Shown here piece by piece: positions 17,070-26,272 of a stretch of DNA of 64,000 nucleotides. Under the pieces are notes generated by a model. That model saw only the letters and a list, made by a program, of their open reading frames with translations. It did not search any database and was not told where the DNA came from. Location of the stretch: the NCBI GenBank assembly GCA_963790025.1, contig CAWBMP010000003.1, positions 64,001 through 128,000 of the forward strand, written 5' to 3'. Each line of letters begins with the position of its first letter. Within the stretch, counting starts at the first letter, position 1. This DNA comes from Nitrospirota bacterium. GTDB lineage: Bacteria > Nitrospirota > Thermodesulfovibrionia > Thermodesulfovibrionales > Dissulfurispiraceae. A program made the translations under genes and the position numbers.

Positions 17070-18533
17070 TTAAAACATTACCTGAATACCGCTATTGATA
17101 ACATATTTGGTTTTCAACTGCAAGCCGTTCAGGTTTTGATATAGTGGAATGCCGCCTTCCACTCCAAAAGTAAGTCTGCCTGCCACGAAATTCACTCCTA
17201 TTAAACCGTCTAGTCGCTGACCCCCGTAATTGCGGGGATCGCCATCAGGCGCCGGAGCCCACATTTGGCTTAATTGGATCTGGGAGTCCTGGCCGCTGAT
17301 CCTTCCTGTATTGCTATAGGCAAGGCGCAACCATGTTGCCGCGGGGCCGAAGGTACGCTGCAGCCAACCGGTAACCTTGAACTCGTCCCCGAGGCTGTAG
17401 CCTTCACTGTTTGTGCCTGTATGATATGTATACATGACTTGTCCGCCCCAGTTCCATTTGTAGTCGTCGCTGAGGGCGGTGTATGTCAGCGCAGGCTTGA
17501 GGTCCCATGTGCCGGAACCAAGTTGCATGTCATAGGGCGCCCGCTCTACTCTGCCCATCATCACATCCGTTTGTTTGATGCTGCCGGTGGGAAAGCTGAG
17601 ACCGAGACTGCCGACCAGGTACTTGTTGATCTTGTAAAGCCCCCTCAGTTCTGTGTCACTGACTCCTTCCGTATGCATGGGGGATTGGGACATGTAAGGC
17701 ATGCCCGACCCCATGTTCATCACCATCTGCATATTATTATATTCATAGTTAGCCATGCCCATCAGGGTCAGGTTGTCAGTAACACCGTACATCGCCATAA
17801 ACATATGCATGTACATGTCCATAGAGGTGGGTATCATCATATAGTTATAAGCCTTGCTGCTGCCCATAGTACTGCCCATACCGCCACCCATAGAACTGTT
17901 ACTATAACCGACACTGTGTGTATCGACGTTGTTAGTGCCGGCGCGCAGCCCGCCCATGTTCATATACATGGTCTTGTATGTGAACATCCACATGCCGGCT
18001 GGGTGAGTATGGTACAGCTCGTCGCCAAACGCTGGATTAAACACCATCTGGCCTCCCGGGTGACGGTGAATAATATGCCCGCCCTCCAGAGCCACTTCAT
18101 CGGTGGCAGCTTTCATCGCTTCGTCGAAGGTAGCCACTTTGCCGCCATGTTCCTTAACAAAATTCTGAGCATCCTCTTCCCTGGCAAAGGCCCATTTTGC
18201 CACATCGTTCATGACACTAATCTTATCACCGCCGACAACCCATGTTGCAGTTTTTGCATCTATCATCTTCTCTGATGCGTAATCGGCAACCATGATCGAT
18301 TTGACCTGCCTGTCTTTGTTTTGTTTCAGCTCCCAAACTGTACAGTGCAGACTGCAGACCGCCACGGTGGTTCCGTCAGTAAAGACGACAACCATACGGC
18401 TCTTGGCGGCATCGGCGAGGTCCATCCCGCATATCGGACAATCTTCTGCGTATGCAACGCCGGCATAAGCGCCCGCAAACAGCAGGCACATTATCAGAAA
18501 CATTGTGAATTTTTTCATATAATTATTCTTCAT
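17070..18533 (-). CDS. NosL-like domain fused to a Met/His-rich outer-membrane beta-barrel
   Basis: Signal peptide; CPICGM..VCSLHC..VADY..IDAKTATWVVGGD..VM (NosL-like); then YHTHPAGMWMFTY, PYDMQLGSGTWD, amphipathic strands, terminal Phe. Confidence 0.8.
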   Translation of the reverse strand: MKNNYMKKFTMFLIMCLLFAGAYAGVAYAEDCPICGMDLADAAKSRMVVVFTDGTTVAVCSLHCTVWELKQNKDRQVKSIMVADYASEKMIDAKTATWVVGGDKISVMNDVAKWAFAREEDAQNFVKEHGGKVATFDEAMKAATDEVALEGGHIIHRHPGGQMVFNPAFGDELYHTHPAGMWMFTYKTMYMNMGGLRAGTNNVDTHSVGYSNSSMGGGMGSTMGSSKAYNYMMIPTSMDMYMHMFMAMYGVTDNLTLMGMANYEYNNMQMVMNMGSGMPYMSQSPMHTEGVSDTELRGLYKINKYLVGSLGLSFPTGSIKQTDVMMGRVERAPYDMQLGSGTWDLKPALTYTALSDDYKWNWGGQVMYTYHTGTNSEGYSLGDEFKVTGWLQRTFGPAATWLRLAYSNTGRISGQDSQIQLSQMWAPAPDGDPRNYGGQRLDGLIGVNFVAGRLTFGVEGGIPLYQNLNGLQLKTKYVINSGIQVMF

Positions 18534-18752
18534 AACGAATACTCTCCTTTTAAAAATTGTGTCTTCAGAACCTAACGACGGCGGCCCTGAGATGAATTCT
18601 CTGATATAAACAGGCAGCCTCCGGCAAAACTGTTTAACCTACAATTAACAACGGGACTTGAAAGGATGAGTTCACGGAACAGCAAATATACTGATTTATT
18701 TCAGCTATCTCATTCTCTGTGAACTCTGTGTTTAAGACTTTACAGGAGGAAC

Positions 18753-19040
18753 TCAGGCCTCGGGAGGACGATCCTTCAAAGTGAAACACTGATATAAACA
18801 AAATATGGGGTCGGTTACGGTATGCGGACTGGTAAGCAACAGTTTTAATAGTTCATATTTGTTTTCACAGAAAATGGAGACATCGACGGCTGAAAGTACG
18901 GACGAACCCGCCTTGTCACAGAAATCAAGGTTGAAGAAAGAAGCGTTATTACTGCTGTGGGATTGCGGAAAGGAGAGTTTCAGCGGCGAGGCCGCTGTCA
19001 GGATAAAAGCAATTAAAATAAAGATACCTGCTATTTTCAC
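18753..19040 (-). CDS. Small leader-type ORF (uORF1): signal-like N-terminus, Cys residues, C-terminal KDRPPEA
   Basis: 95 aa; aligns without gaps to 19876-20163; TTGACA (19070-19075) and TAAATT -10 five nt before GTG. Confidence 0.7.
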   Translation of the reverse strand: MKIAGIFILIAFILTAASPLKLSFPQSHSSNNASFFNLDFCDKAGSSVLSAVDVSIFCENKYELLKLLLTSPHTVTDPIFCLYQCFTLKDRPPEA

Positions 19041-19229
19041 AGGAGAATTTAAAACTATTGATTAGGTTCTGTCAAATGCTACTAACCGGGAAAAGCATTT
19101 TTTGTAAATTTATTGAAGAATCTCTTCCCCCATCGTTCATTCAAGTGACTTACCCAAACCGTCGATGCTATGAAAGTAGTGTAAACGTTCTTGTGTGAAA
19201 ATGAAATAGAGTAAAAATAGGAAATTTTG

Positions 19230-19658
19230 TTATGCAAAGAACCAATATTCAATGAGGAGGAATGGAATACCAGCCCCTATCAGTGTTCCGCAAGTTCCTC
19301 CCCAGCCTGAAGTTCCACCATGGGCAAATTGAGCAACCTCCATAGGGAATGATATATAAGGCCCGCCTACTTTTTTCCTGAGGACTGTGACTACCCCGCT
19401 CAAAGCCGCATAACTGCAGAAGCCTTTAAACCAGTTGTCATGGGCTATATTCCCAACCTCTTTAATCTCTGCAGCACTAAATTTTTTGTACGGCCACGGC
19501 AGCGCTGAGCTGCTTCCCTTGGCGGCTTCAGCCTTTGCTCCAAAATCCAATACCCCTGACGCTGCCAGGGTAATACCGGCTGTTGCTGCAACGAGGCCGG
19601 TGTTTTTCAGAAAGCATCTTCTGGACAAAGAACCCTCAAGTGTCTTATCGATCTTCAT
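19230..19658 (-). pseudogene. Truncated Tat-exported split-Soret cytochrome c / C-GCAxxG-C-C family protein
   Basis: SRRCFLK twin-arginine signal, LPWPYKK, GFCSY, GGTSGWGGTCGTLIGA, then abrupt loss of similarity; no heme-binding C-terminus. Confidence 0.65.
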
Positions 19659-19730
19659 ACCTTTATTATCTCCTCTGGGCTTCCGTCATCCTGGAAGCCG
19701 CGTGAATAGTGTTAGTAGATACCCCTTCAT

Positions 19731-19794
19731 AAAAAAAGTGACTCCGCTTCAGAACATCCGCACGGTTTAGGTTAAGATATCCCGAAGCGGAGTC
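19731..19794 (-). terminator. Long hairpin with T-tract between uORF2 and the downstream gene
   Basis: On the minus strand GACTCCGCTTCGGGATATCT...GGATGTTCTGAAGCGGAGTC-ACTTTTTTT. Confidence 0.65.
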
Positions 19795-19875
19795 TAGTTA
19801 TGGGGAAAACATGCGCAAAACTCTCACTCGCAAGAGAGGCGCACACCGGACTCACATCATTCGGAACTTAGCGGG

Positions 19876-20163
19876 TTAGATTTCTGGGGGACGCTCTTTC
19901 TGAAAGGGCAATAAAAAAGAAGTCATGGAAAGTTCGGACGTTTGGAAAACCCCGTCAAATTGCAGCAAGGGTAGCTTACAAGTGCATTCGTACAAGGAAG
20001 GCGAATCCGTGTTCACGGAAAAAGACGCATCTGATGCATGGCAAACATTAAGAGTAAAGATGAAGGCCATGTTAGAGTTTTGGCTTATCGATATGTGAGG
20101 CTTAACCGGAGTGACGATCGACACCATCAGAATAATAAGTACCAACAAGCTTTTCAGTTTCAT
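19876..20163 (-). CDS. Small leader-type ORF (uORF2): signal-like N-terminus, LNVCH/ECTC, C-terminal KERPPEI
   Basis: 95 aa paralog of 18753-19040; TTGACA-N17-CATAAT eight nt before ATG, no SD. Confidence 0.72.
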   Translation of the reverse strand: MKLKSLLVLIILMVSIVTPVKPHISISQNSNMAFIFTLNVCHASDASFSVNTDSPSLYECTCKLPLLQFDGVFQTSELSMTSFLLPFQKERPPEI

Positions 20164-20305
20164 ACAGATTCATTATGAGAGAAAATTAAATTATTGTCAA
20201 ATTGAATCATGAGAAAGTTTAACCACGTCTCAAAAACAACACACATTGCTGCTGCTACACTGCCGATGACTTGATAGTGCTGGGTAAGACATTATAAAAT
20301 GGTAA

Positions 20306-20731
20306 ATGAAACTATCGATTATTTTTTTAATTACAGCGATTTTCCTTTGTGCCTGTGAAAGTCATTCTGCATATCGCAGGGCGCCTTTTGACGGGAACAA
20401 GTCCGAAATAGATATAAGTAATTTTAAAGAAAATGAACCTGAATTTTACTCTGTCGTTCTTGACGGTCAAACTGTCAATTTTTTTCTCATCAGGATAAAT
20501 AGCGAGATTCAGTCGTACTTTGATGCGTGCAGGGAATGTTTCCGCAAGAAATTGGGATTTCGTTTTAATGAAGGTTGCATCCAGTGCAAAGCTTGCAATG
20601 TGAAATATCCGCCGGAGGCATTAAAAGAGGGAATAGGCAGTTGTGCTCCCATTCATCTAAAAGGCTCGTTGCAGGAAAACAGATACATTATTACCCGTGA
20701 AGCCTTTATTGAAGGCAAAAAATACTTTTGA
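20306..20731 (+). CDS. DUF2318-like Cys-rich (Fe-S) lipoprotein
   Basis: LCAC lipobox; FDACREC, CKAC, GSCAPI. Confidence 0.8.
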   Translation: MKLSIIFLITAIFLCACESHSAYRRAPFDGNKSEIDISNFKENEPEFYSVVLDGQTVNFFLIRINSEIQSYFDACRECFRKKLGFRFNEGCIQCKACNVKYPPEALKEGIGSCAPIHLKGSLQENRYIITREAFIEGKKYF

Positions 20732-21246
20732 CTCGAAGATATTTTGGCCTACATTATTCATAAACTTAGTCAAGAGCAGGCGGGACATGGTGGTGAGCGA
20801 CCTTCTCACGGATACGGTAAGTAAATGGAGGAAAGATTCGTTAAAACGCAAATCATAAGATTTCAACACATTGATGTCTCATTTAAAACAGCAGATTGAA
20901 TAACTTTTGATTGTTTCAATCGAAAAAACATACTTGGTAACGTGGTGCAGATAAGGACTTTGATGTGGAAGGCGCATTTATTGATCACTAGAACCGCTGA
21001 GTAGTATAGGCCGAAGTCGAGAAGGAGATTTTGACAGTTTTTGGCGGTAATGAGCATTTTGGGTGGTCAGAGATTTATGTGCATGCGTGTTGATCGCATA
21101 ATTTCGGGCAGAATTCATGAATTGGGCGGACGTTCTCCATCATGAAAGAAGTGCTAACACCGAAATTAAAGCGGTAAACTTGTCAAAAATTGTCCTAAGC
21201 CGCCGGTTCACTCAGTTTGATGGTGGATTATGGTTGGTACAATTTA

Positions 21247-21275
21247 TTGACACGCCGAAATAAATGGAATATACT
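21247..21275 (+). promoter_or_regulatory. Sigma70 promoter of the helicase gene
   Basis: TTGACA-N17-TATACT. Confidence 0.7.
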
Positions 21276-21371
21276 AAACAACCTATTGAAATCTAATTGT
21301 TCTCGGTGCATAGCAGGCACACGCCCTGAGTTTTTTTTTGCAATGGATAAAAAAAGAGAGGTAGCTAACAT

Positions 21372-22928
21372 ATGAGATTTGATGATTTCGGATTGTCAAA
21401 AGAGACCCTTCGGGCCATATCGGAGATCGGGTTTGAAGAACCTACGCCTATACAGGCTTCCGTTATCCCGCTGATTATGGGTGGTTCAGATATTATCGGA
21501 CAGGCGCAGACCGGCACTGGTAAAACTGCCGCGTTCGGCATTCCAATCGTTGAAATGTGCAAGAAAAGCGACCGTCCCTTTGCCATTATACTGGAACCCA
21601 CGAGAGAGCTTGCCGTTCAGGTCGCAAAGGAGATCGATCTCGTGGGGAGCCGGAAACGGGTCAGAGTGCTGCCGGTCTACGGCGGGCAATCCATCGAAAA
21701 CCAGATAAAGGCCCTGAAACATGGTGTCGATGTCGTCGTCGGTACGCCGGGGAGGGTGATCGACCATTTGAACAGGAAGACCCTCTCTCTAGCCGGGGTA
21801 AAGATGTTGGTTCTTGACGAGGCCGATGAAATGCTGAATATGGGATTCATTGATGATATCGAAACGATAATCAAGCAAACGCCGGAAGTAAGGCAAACGA
21901 TGCTTTTCTCTGCGACAATGCCGCAACCCATAGTGAGCATCGCCAGGAAGTACATGAATGAGCCTGAAAAAATACGCATCAATCCCAAGGATGTTGTTAT
22001 CCCGCAGATCAAACAGGTGTTTTATGAGGTGCGTGAAGGGGACAAGATAAATGCGCTTTCCAGGCTCCTCGATGTGGAAAACCCTCCGCTGGCGATTATA
22101 TTCTGCCACACAAAACGCGAGGTAGACGAAGTTTCCATGAAGCTTGGACAACTGGGCTACAATGCAAGCGCTCTCCACGGAGACTTTACCCAGGCCCGCA
22201 GGGATGAGGTTATGTACAAGTTCAGGGAGGGGATGCTTGATATACTCGTTGCCACTGACGTTGCTGCGAGGGGACTCGATATAAAAAATGTTTCCCATGT
22301 CGTCAACTACAGCATTCCACAGAGTCCCGACAGCTATGTCCATCGCATCGGAAGGACTGGCAGGGCCGGGAAGTCCGGGATAGCCATAACATTTGTAACG
22401 CCCCGGGAGTACCGTCATTTACGGCTTATCGAGCAGACCGCAAAAACCGTTATCGATAAAAAAAGATTGCCGACTACGGAAGATGTCATGAAGGCAAGGG
22501 AACAGAATATCCTAAAAGATATTTTAGCTATAATAGAGGAGGGCAACCATACGCGTTATCTGCAGGCAGTTACAAAGCTCTCCCAACAGCACAGTCCTGC
22601 CGATATTGCTGCCGCGGCCTTTTTTGCCGCATACGGAGAAATTAAAGAACAGGCGCCTGCAGGGGAGCAGACGGCAGCAAAAGGAATGGTGCGTCTGTTC
22701 CTGACTATCGGCAGGAAGGACCAGATAAAGGTTGCCGACATCGTAAAATCGATAGCGTCTGAAGCAAACATACCCTACAGCAAGATAGGCAACATCGATG
22801 TACTCGAAAAATTTACCTTCGTGGAAGTGCCGGCGGAACTCGCGGACCGTGTTATACGGTCGGTGGACGATATGATCATGAAAGGTAAAAGGATCAAGAT
22901 ACAACAGGCAAAAGCAAGACCCTCATAA
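21372..22928 (+). CDS. deaD: DEAD-box RNA helicase (DeaD/CshA type) with DbpA RNA-binding domain
   Basis: Q motif, AQTGTGKT, PTRELA, DEAD, SAT, ARGLD, HRIGRTGR; C-terminal FTFVEV domain. Confidence 0.92.
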   Translation: MRFDDFGLSKETLRAISEIGFEEPTPIQASVIPLIMGGSDIIGQAQTGTGKTAAFGIPIVEMCKKSDRPFAIILEPTRELAVQVAKEIDLVGSRKRVRVLPVYGGQSIENQIKALKHGVDVVVGTPGRVIDHLNRKTLSLAGVKMLVLDEADEMLNMGFIDDIETIIKQTPEVRQTMLFSATMPQPIVSIARKYMNEPEKIRINPKDVVIPQIKQVFYEVREGDKINALSRLLDVENPPLAIIFCHTKREVDEVSMKLGQLGYNASALHGDFTQARRDEVMYKFREGMLDILVATDVAARGLDIKNVSHVVNYSIPQSPDSYVHRIGRTGRAGKSGIAITFVTPREYRHLRLIEQTAKTVIDKKRLPTTEDVMKAREQNILKDILAIIEEGNHTRYLQAVTKLSQQHSPADIAAAAFFAAYGEIKEQAPAGEQTAAKGMVRLFLTIGRKDQIKVADIVKSIASEANIPYSKIGNIDVLEKFTFVEVPAELADRVIRSVDDMIMKGKRIKIQQAKARPS

Positions 22929-22956
22929 GCAGGGTCTGAGCACAATGTATTTGTGC

Positions 22957-23121
22957 TTAGACCGTTACCTTCTCAAACTGGTCTTTCTCAGCGTTGCAAA
23001 CCGGGCACAGCCAGTCATCGGGCAATTGTTCAAAAGGCGTGCCGGGTGCAATGCCCGAATCCGGGTCGCCGGCCTCGGGGTCATAAATGTAACCACATAC
23101 TGTGCATCTCCACTTTTCCAA
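22957..23121 (-). CDS. Rubredoxin (not in the ORF track)
   Basis: TTG start; [54 protein letters not shown]. Confidence 0.92.
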   Translation of the reverse strand: MEKWRCTVCGYIYDPEAGDPDSGIAPGTPFEQLPDDWLCPVCNAEKDQFEKVTV

Positions 23122-23338
23122 GTTACTTCCTTCTTTTGTTCATGTCATCATAGATACAAAATTATACCAGATTTAAACCGGGTTTTTAATATATTTTGCC
23201 CTTCATATTCTCTTCACAATTGCGTGTTAAGCTGGATCAAAAAGGAGAAGGAATGCAGGGGCCCTTCAGGGCTTCAAAACCGGAAAAGAGCAAACCGCAA
23301 AATTCCATGTTATTCTTAACTAGGAATAAGGAGGAACT

Positions 23339-23731
23339 ATGAAAAAACTTATTTTGTTGACTATGTCCATCGTTTTAGTGTTAGCAGGTGTTGCGTATGC
23401 AAAAGATTATGAAGTTACAAAGAAGACAGGGGAATATGATGTGGTGGTTACGATAGACAAGAACCCGCCGGTTGTGGGTAACAACAATGTAACCGTTACC
23501 GTAAAAGACGCTGCCGGCAAATATGTGACTGACGCAAAGGTAAAGATAGAGTATTCCATGCCTGCAATGCCCGGCATGCCGGCAGCGAATTACAGGACCG
23601 ACGCCGTGCTGAGCGGGTCTAAATATGCGGCTAAGATGAACCTTTCAATGTCAGGTCCATGGAACGTAGCGGTGAAAATATCAAAGGGCGGCAAAATTTC
23701 TACCGTGAAGTTCAATGTGGACGCTCAATAA
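23339..23731 (+). CDS. YtkA/FixH-like periplasmic protein
   Basis: Signal peptide, YSMPAMPGMP, LSMSGPW; first gene of the cus operon. Confidence 0.82.
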   Translation: MKKLILLTMSIVLVLAGVAYAKDYEVTKKTGEYDVVVTIDKNPPVVGNNNVTVTVKDAAGKYVTDAKVKIEYSMPAMPGMPAANYRTDAVLSGSKYAAKMNLSMSGPWNVAVKISKGGKISTVKFNVDAQ

Positions 23732-23744
23732 GGAGAAAAGACAG

Positions 23745-25079
23745 ATGACGGGGGACAGTCGCAGCGACTCTGGGCGAACACGCGCGTCGGCAAGCTTCTT
23801 ATTTTTGTTGTTAGTTTTTTGTTATATGTCTTCCGGCATCTGTTTTCTCACTTCACGCGCTGCCTTCGCCTCCGATCAAACATTGCGGCTCCAGGACCTC
23901 ATAGTTGAGGCATTGCACAGCCATGAAATACTTATGTCGGAATCGAGGGCCCTTGCGGCTCAATATAAGATACCCCAGGCAATGAGCCTTCCTGATCCCT
24001 TGTTCACGTTCGGTTATCAGAATGATAGTTGGAATAAATATACTCTTGGGAAGTCTGATGATTCTCAATGGATGTTTTCAGTGTCCCAATCATTCCTGTT
24101 CCCCGGTAAGCGAGGTCTGAAGGGCGACATGGCCTCAAGAGATGCCGAAAGCCTCAGTGCCCTGCATGATGCAGCGCGACTGAGGACCATTGCACGGATC
24201 AAGGAGCTTTATTATGACCTTTTCTTCGCTTACAAAAACATTGATCTTATCAGGGACAGGGCCAATCTGTTTTCAAAGGTTGAAGATGCCGCGCTCGCCC
24301 GTTACTCCTCGGGGACTGGATCGCAGCAGGAAGTCCTGATGGCCCAGACCGAGAAATACATGCTCCTTGAGAAGGAGGAGATGCTCAAGCAAAAGATTCA
24401 GTCATTGGAGGCAATGCTCAATTCCACAATCGGAAGGGACATTAATTCACGGCTTGGCAGGCCTGTTGAGCCGCCGCTGAGCGAGTTTAACCGGGACATG
24501 AATGAAGTCATAAGCCTGGCATATGAGAATTCTCCGGAAATAAAGTCCAGGGAGAAAATGATTGCCTCGGCCGAAACAAAAGTTAGAATTGCCCAAAAAG
24601 AGTATTATCCGGACTTCACTGTTGCAGCGAGCGTCTTTAAGCGTGCCGGCGACTTTGAAGATATGTGGAGCCTTACTACCACTATTAATATTCCTATATT
24701 TTATAAAGATAAACAGGACCAGGCCGTCCATGAGGCGGAAGCCTCTATGTCTGAGGCGCGCCACGAACTCGAGGGGGCGAAATCTATGCTCTCCTCAAGC
24801 ATAAGGGACAATCTGTCAATGCTCAAGGCGGCAGAACGTTTGATGGACCTTTACAAAAACGGATTGATACCGAAAACCTACCAGGACTTTGAATTGTTGC
24901 TTTCCGGATATGCCACCGGCAGGACGGAGGCAATAACCGTTATTACGAGACTCAAGTCGGTGCTTGATTATGAAATCTCTTACTGGTCGCAGTTTGCAGA
25001 GCACGAAAAGGCGATTGCGCGGATTGAGGCGATAACAGGATTATCACGTACTACTATTACTGATGGGGCTGGGAACTGA
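23745..25079 (+). CDS. TolC-family outer-membrane efflux protein (CusC-like)
   Basis: LPDP, SQSFLFPGKR, YYPDF, duplicated OEP repeats; operon context. Confidence 0.85.
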   Translation: MTGDSRSDSGRTRASASFLFLLLVFCYMSSGICFLTSRAAFASDQTLRLQDLIVEALHSHEILMSESRALAAQYKIPQAMSLPDPLFTFGYQNDSWNKYTLGKSDDSQWMFSVSQSFLFPGKRGLKGDMASRDAESLSALHDAARLRTIARIKELYYDLFFAYKNIDLIRDRANLFSKVEDAALARYSSGTGSQQEVLMAQTEKYMLLEKEEMLKQKIQSLEAMLNSTIGRDINSRLGRPVEPPLSEFNRDMNEVISLAYENSPEIKSREKMIASAETKVRIAQKEYYPDFTVAASVFKRAGDFEDMWSLTTTINIPIFYKDKQDQAVHEAEASMSEARHELEGAKSMLSSSIRDNLSMLKAAERLMDLYKNGLIPKTYQDFELLLSGYATGRTEAITVITRLKSVLDYEISYWSQFAEHEKAIARIEAITGLSRTTITDGAGN

Positions 25080-25081
25080 AA

Positions 25082-26272
25082 ATGCAGAAAAAGAATCTTT
25101 TCATCATCGTTGGCGTTGCGGTTATTGCCCTGGCTGGTCTCATATATTTTTTGTCTAATGCGTCAGCTCCTGCAAGAAAAGACTCACCGGCTGCCCAGGT
25201 TCAGCCGGCGGCCGGACAATCTATTCAGGCCGGACAACAGGCTGATTCTGCAGAGCAGGAGGAAGCGCCCACTGTCGAAATCCCGGTAGAAAAGCAGAAG
25301 CTGATCGGAGTGAAGACCGTTATTGCCGCAGTAAAGCCTATGCAGAAGATTATCAGGACTGTAGGTCTCGTCGAATACGATGAACGCAGGCTTGCCACTG
25401 TGAATACGAAATTCGAGGGATGGATTGAAAAACTCCATGTCGATTATACCGGAAGATATGTCCGCAAGGGTGAGTCCCTGGCAGAGATTTATAGCCCTGA
25501 ACTCCTGGCTACACAGCAGGAGTTCATTAATCTTCTCAAATGGGAGAAGGAAAGCAAGTCGGTCAAAAATGACACCATGGGTTCCATGCTCGCAAAGGAC
25601 TCCAGTGCGATTATCGATGGGGCACGGCAAAGATTGCGTCTCTATGACATTTCCGATGAGCAGATAAACAAGATTGAACAAAGCTGGAAACCGGTCCGTA
25701 CTGTGACTATCTACAGTCCGGTAGGCGGTTATGTGGTGCAGAAGATGGCTTTCCAGGGCATGCGCGTCATGCCGGGTGAGAAACTCTTCGATATAGCCGA
25801 TCTTTCGACTGTGTGGATATTGTCCGACATATTCGAATACGAGCTTCCGCTCATAAAAACTGGAGAGAAAGCCCTGATCAGCCTCAGCTATTTCCCCGGC
25901 AAGGAGTTTTCAGCGACCATTGACTATGTTTATCCTGCTATCGCCGTTGATACCCGCTCTGCCAAGGTTCGGTTTACCATCCCGAATCAGGGCAACAGGT
26001 TGAAGCCGCAGATGTATACCAATGTCGAGATAAAAATAAACCTTGGAAATAAGCTCATCATTCCTGATGACGCTGTCCTCGATGCAGGTAAGCGCCAGGT
26101 GGTCTATGTTGAGAAGGGAGAGGGTAATTTCGAACCGCGTGAAGTCAGCATAGGCGTAAGGTCTGACGGAATGGCCGAGATAACCAGGGGTCTGAAAGCC
26201 GGAGAACGCGTTGTGTCAGCGGCGAACTTCCTCATCGATTCAGAAGCGAAACTGAAAGGGATCGTCAAGTAA
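25082..26272 (+). CDS. cusB: RND periplasmic adaptor CusB
   Basis: GWIEKL, IYSPELLATQQE, LKPQMY, NFLIDSE. Confidence 0.88.
   Translation: MQKKNLFIIVGVAVIALAGLIYFLSNASAPARKDSPAAQVQPAAGQSIQAGQQADSAEQEEAPTVEIPVEKQKLIGVKTVIAAVKPMQKIIRTVGLVEYDERRLATVNTKFEGWIEKLHVDYTGRYVRKGESLAEIYSPELLATQQEFINLLKWEKESKSVKNDTMGSMLAKDSSAIIDGARQRLRLYDISDEQINKIEQSWKPVRTVTIYSPVGGYVVQKMAFQGMRVMPGEKLFDIADLSTVWILSDIFEYELPLIKTGEKALISLSYFPGKEFSATIDYVYPAIAVDTRSAKVRFTIPNQGNRLKPQMYTNVEIKINLGNKLIIPDDAVLDAGKRQVVYVEKGEGNFEPREVSIGVRSDGMAEITRGLKAGERVVSAANFLIDSEAKLKGIVK

Noticed and set aside
17274..18275. 333-aa plus-strand ORF rich in His
   Set aside because: It is the antisense shadow of the Met-rich NosL-barrel gene (ATG reads as CAT); no RBS or family features.
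18568..18600. CCTAAC followed by GC-rich sequence as a possible attC site
   Set aside because: No complementary arm or GTTRRRY end at a suitable distance.
20863..21057. 64-aa ORF in the AT-rich gap before the helicase, considered as a gene relic
   Set aside because: No recognisable motif or RBS; cannot be supported without a search.
22945..23319. Plus-strand ORFs of 124 and 66 aa upstream of the cus operon, considered as leader peptides
   Set aside because: They overlap a clear rubredoxin on the minus strand and have no signal peptide or RPP motif.
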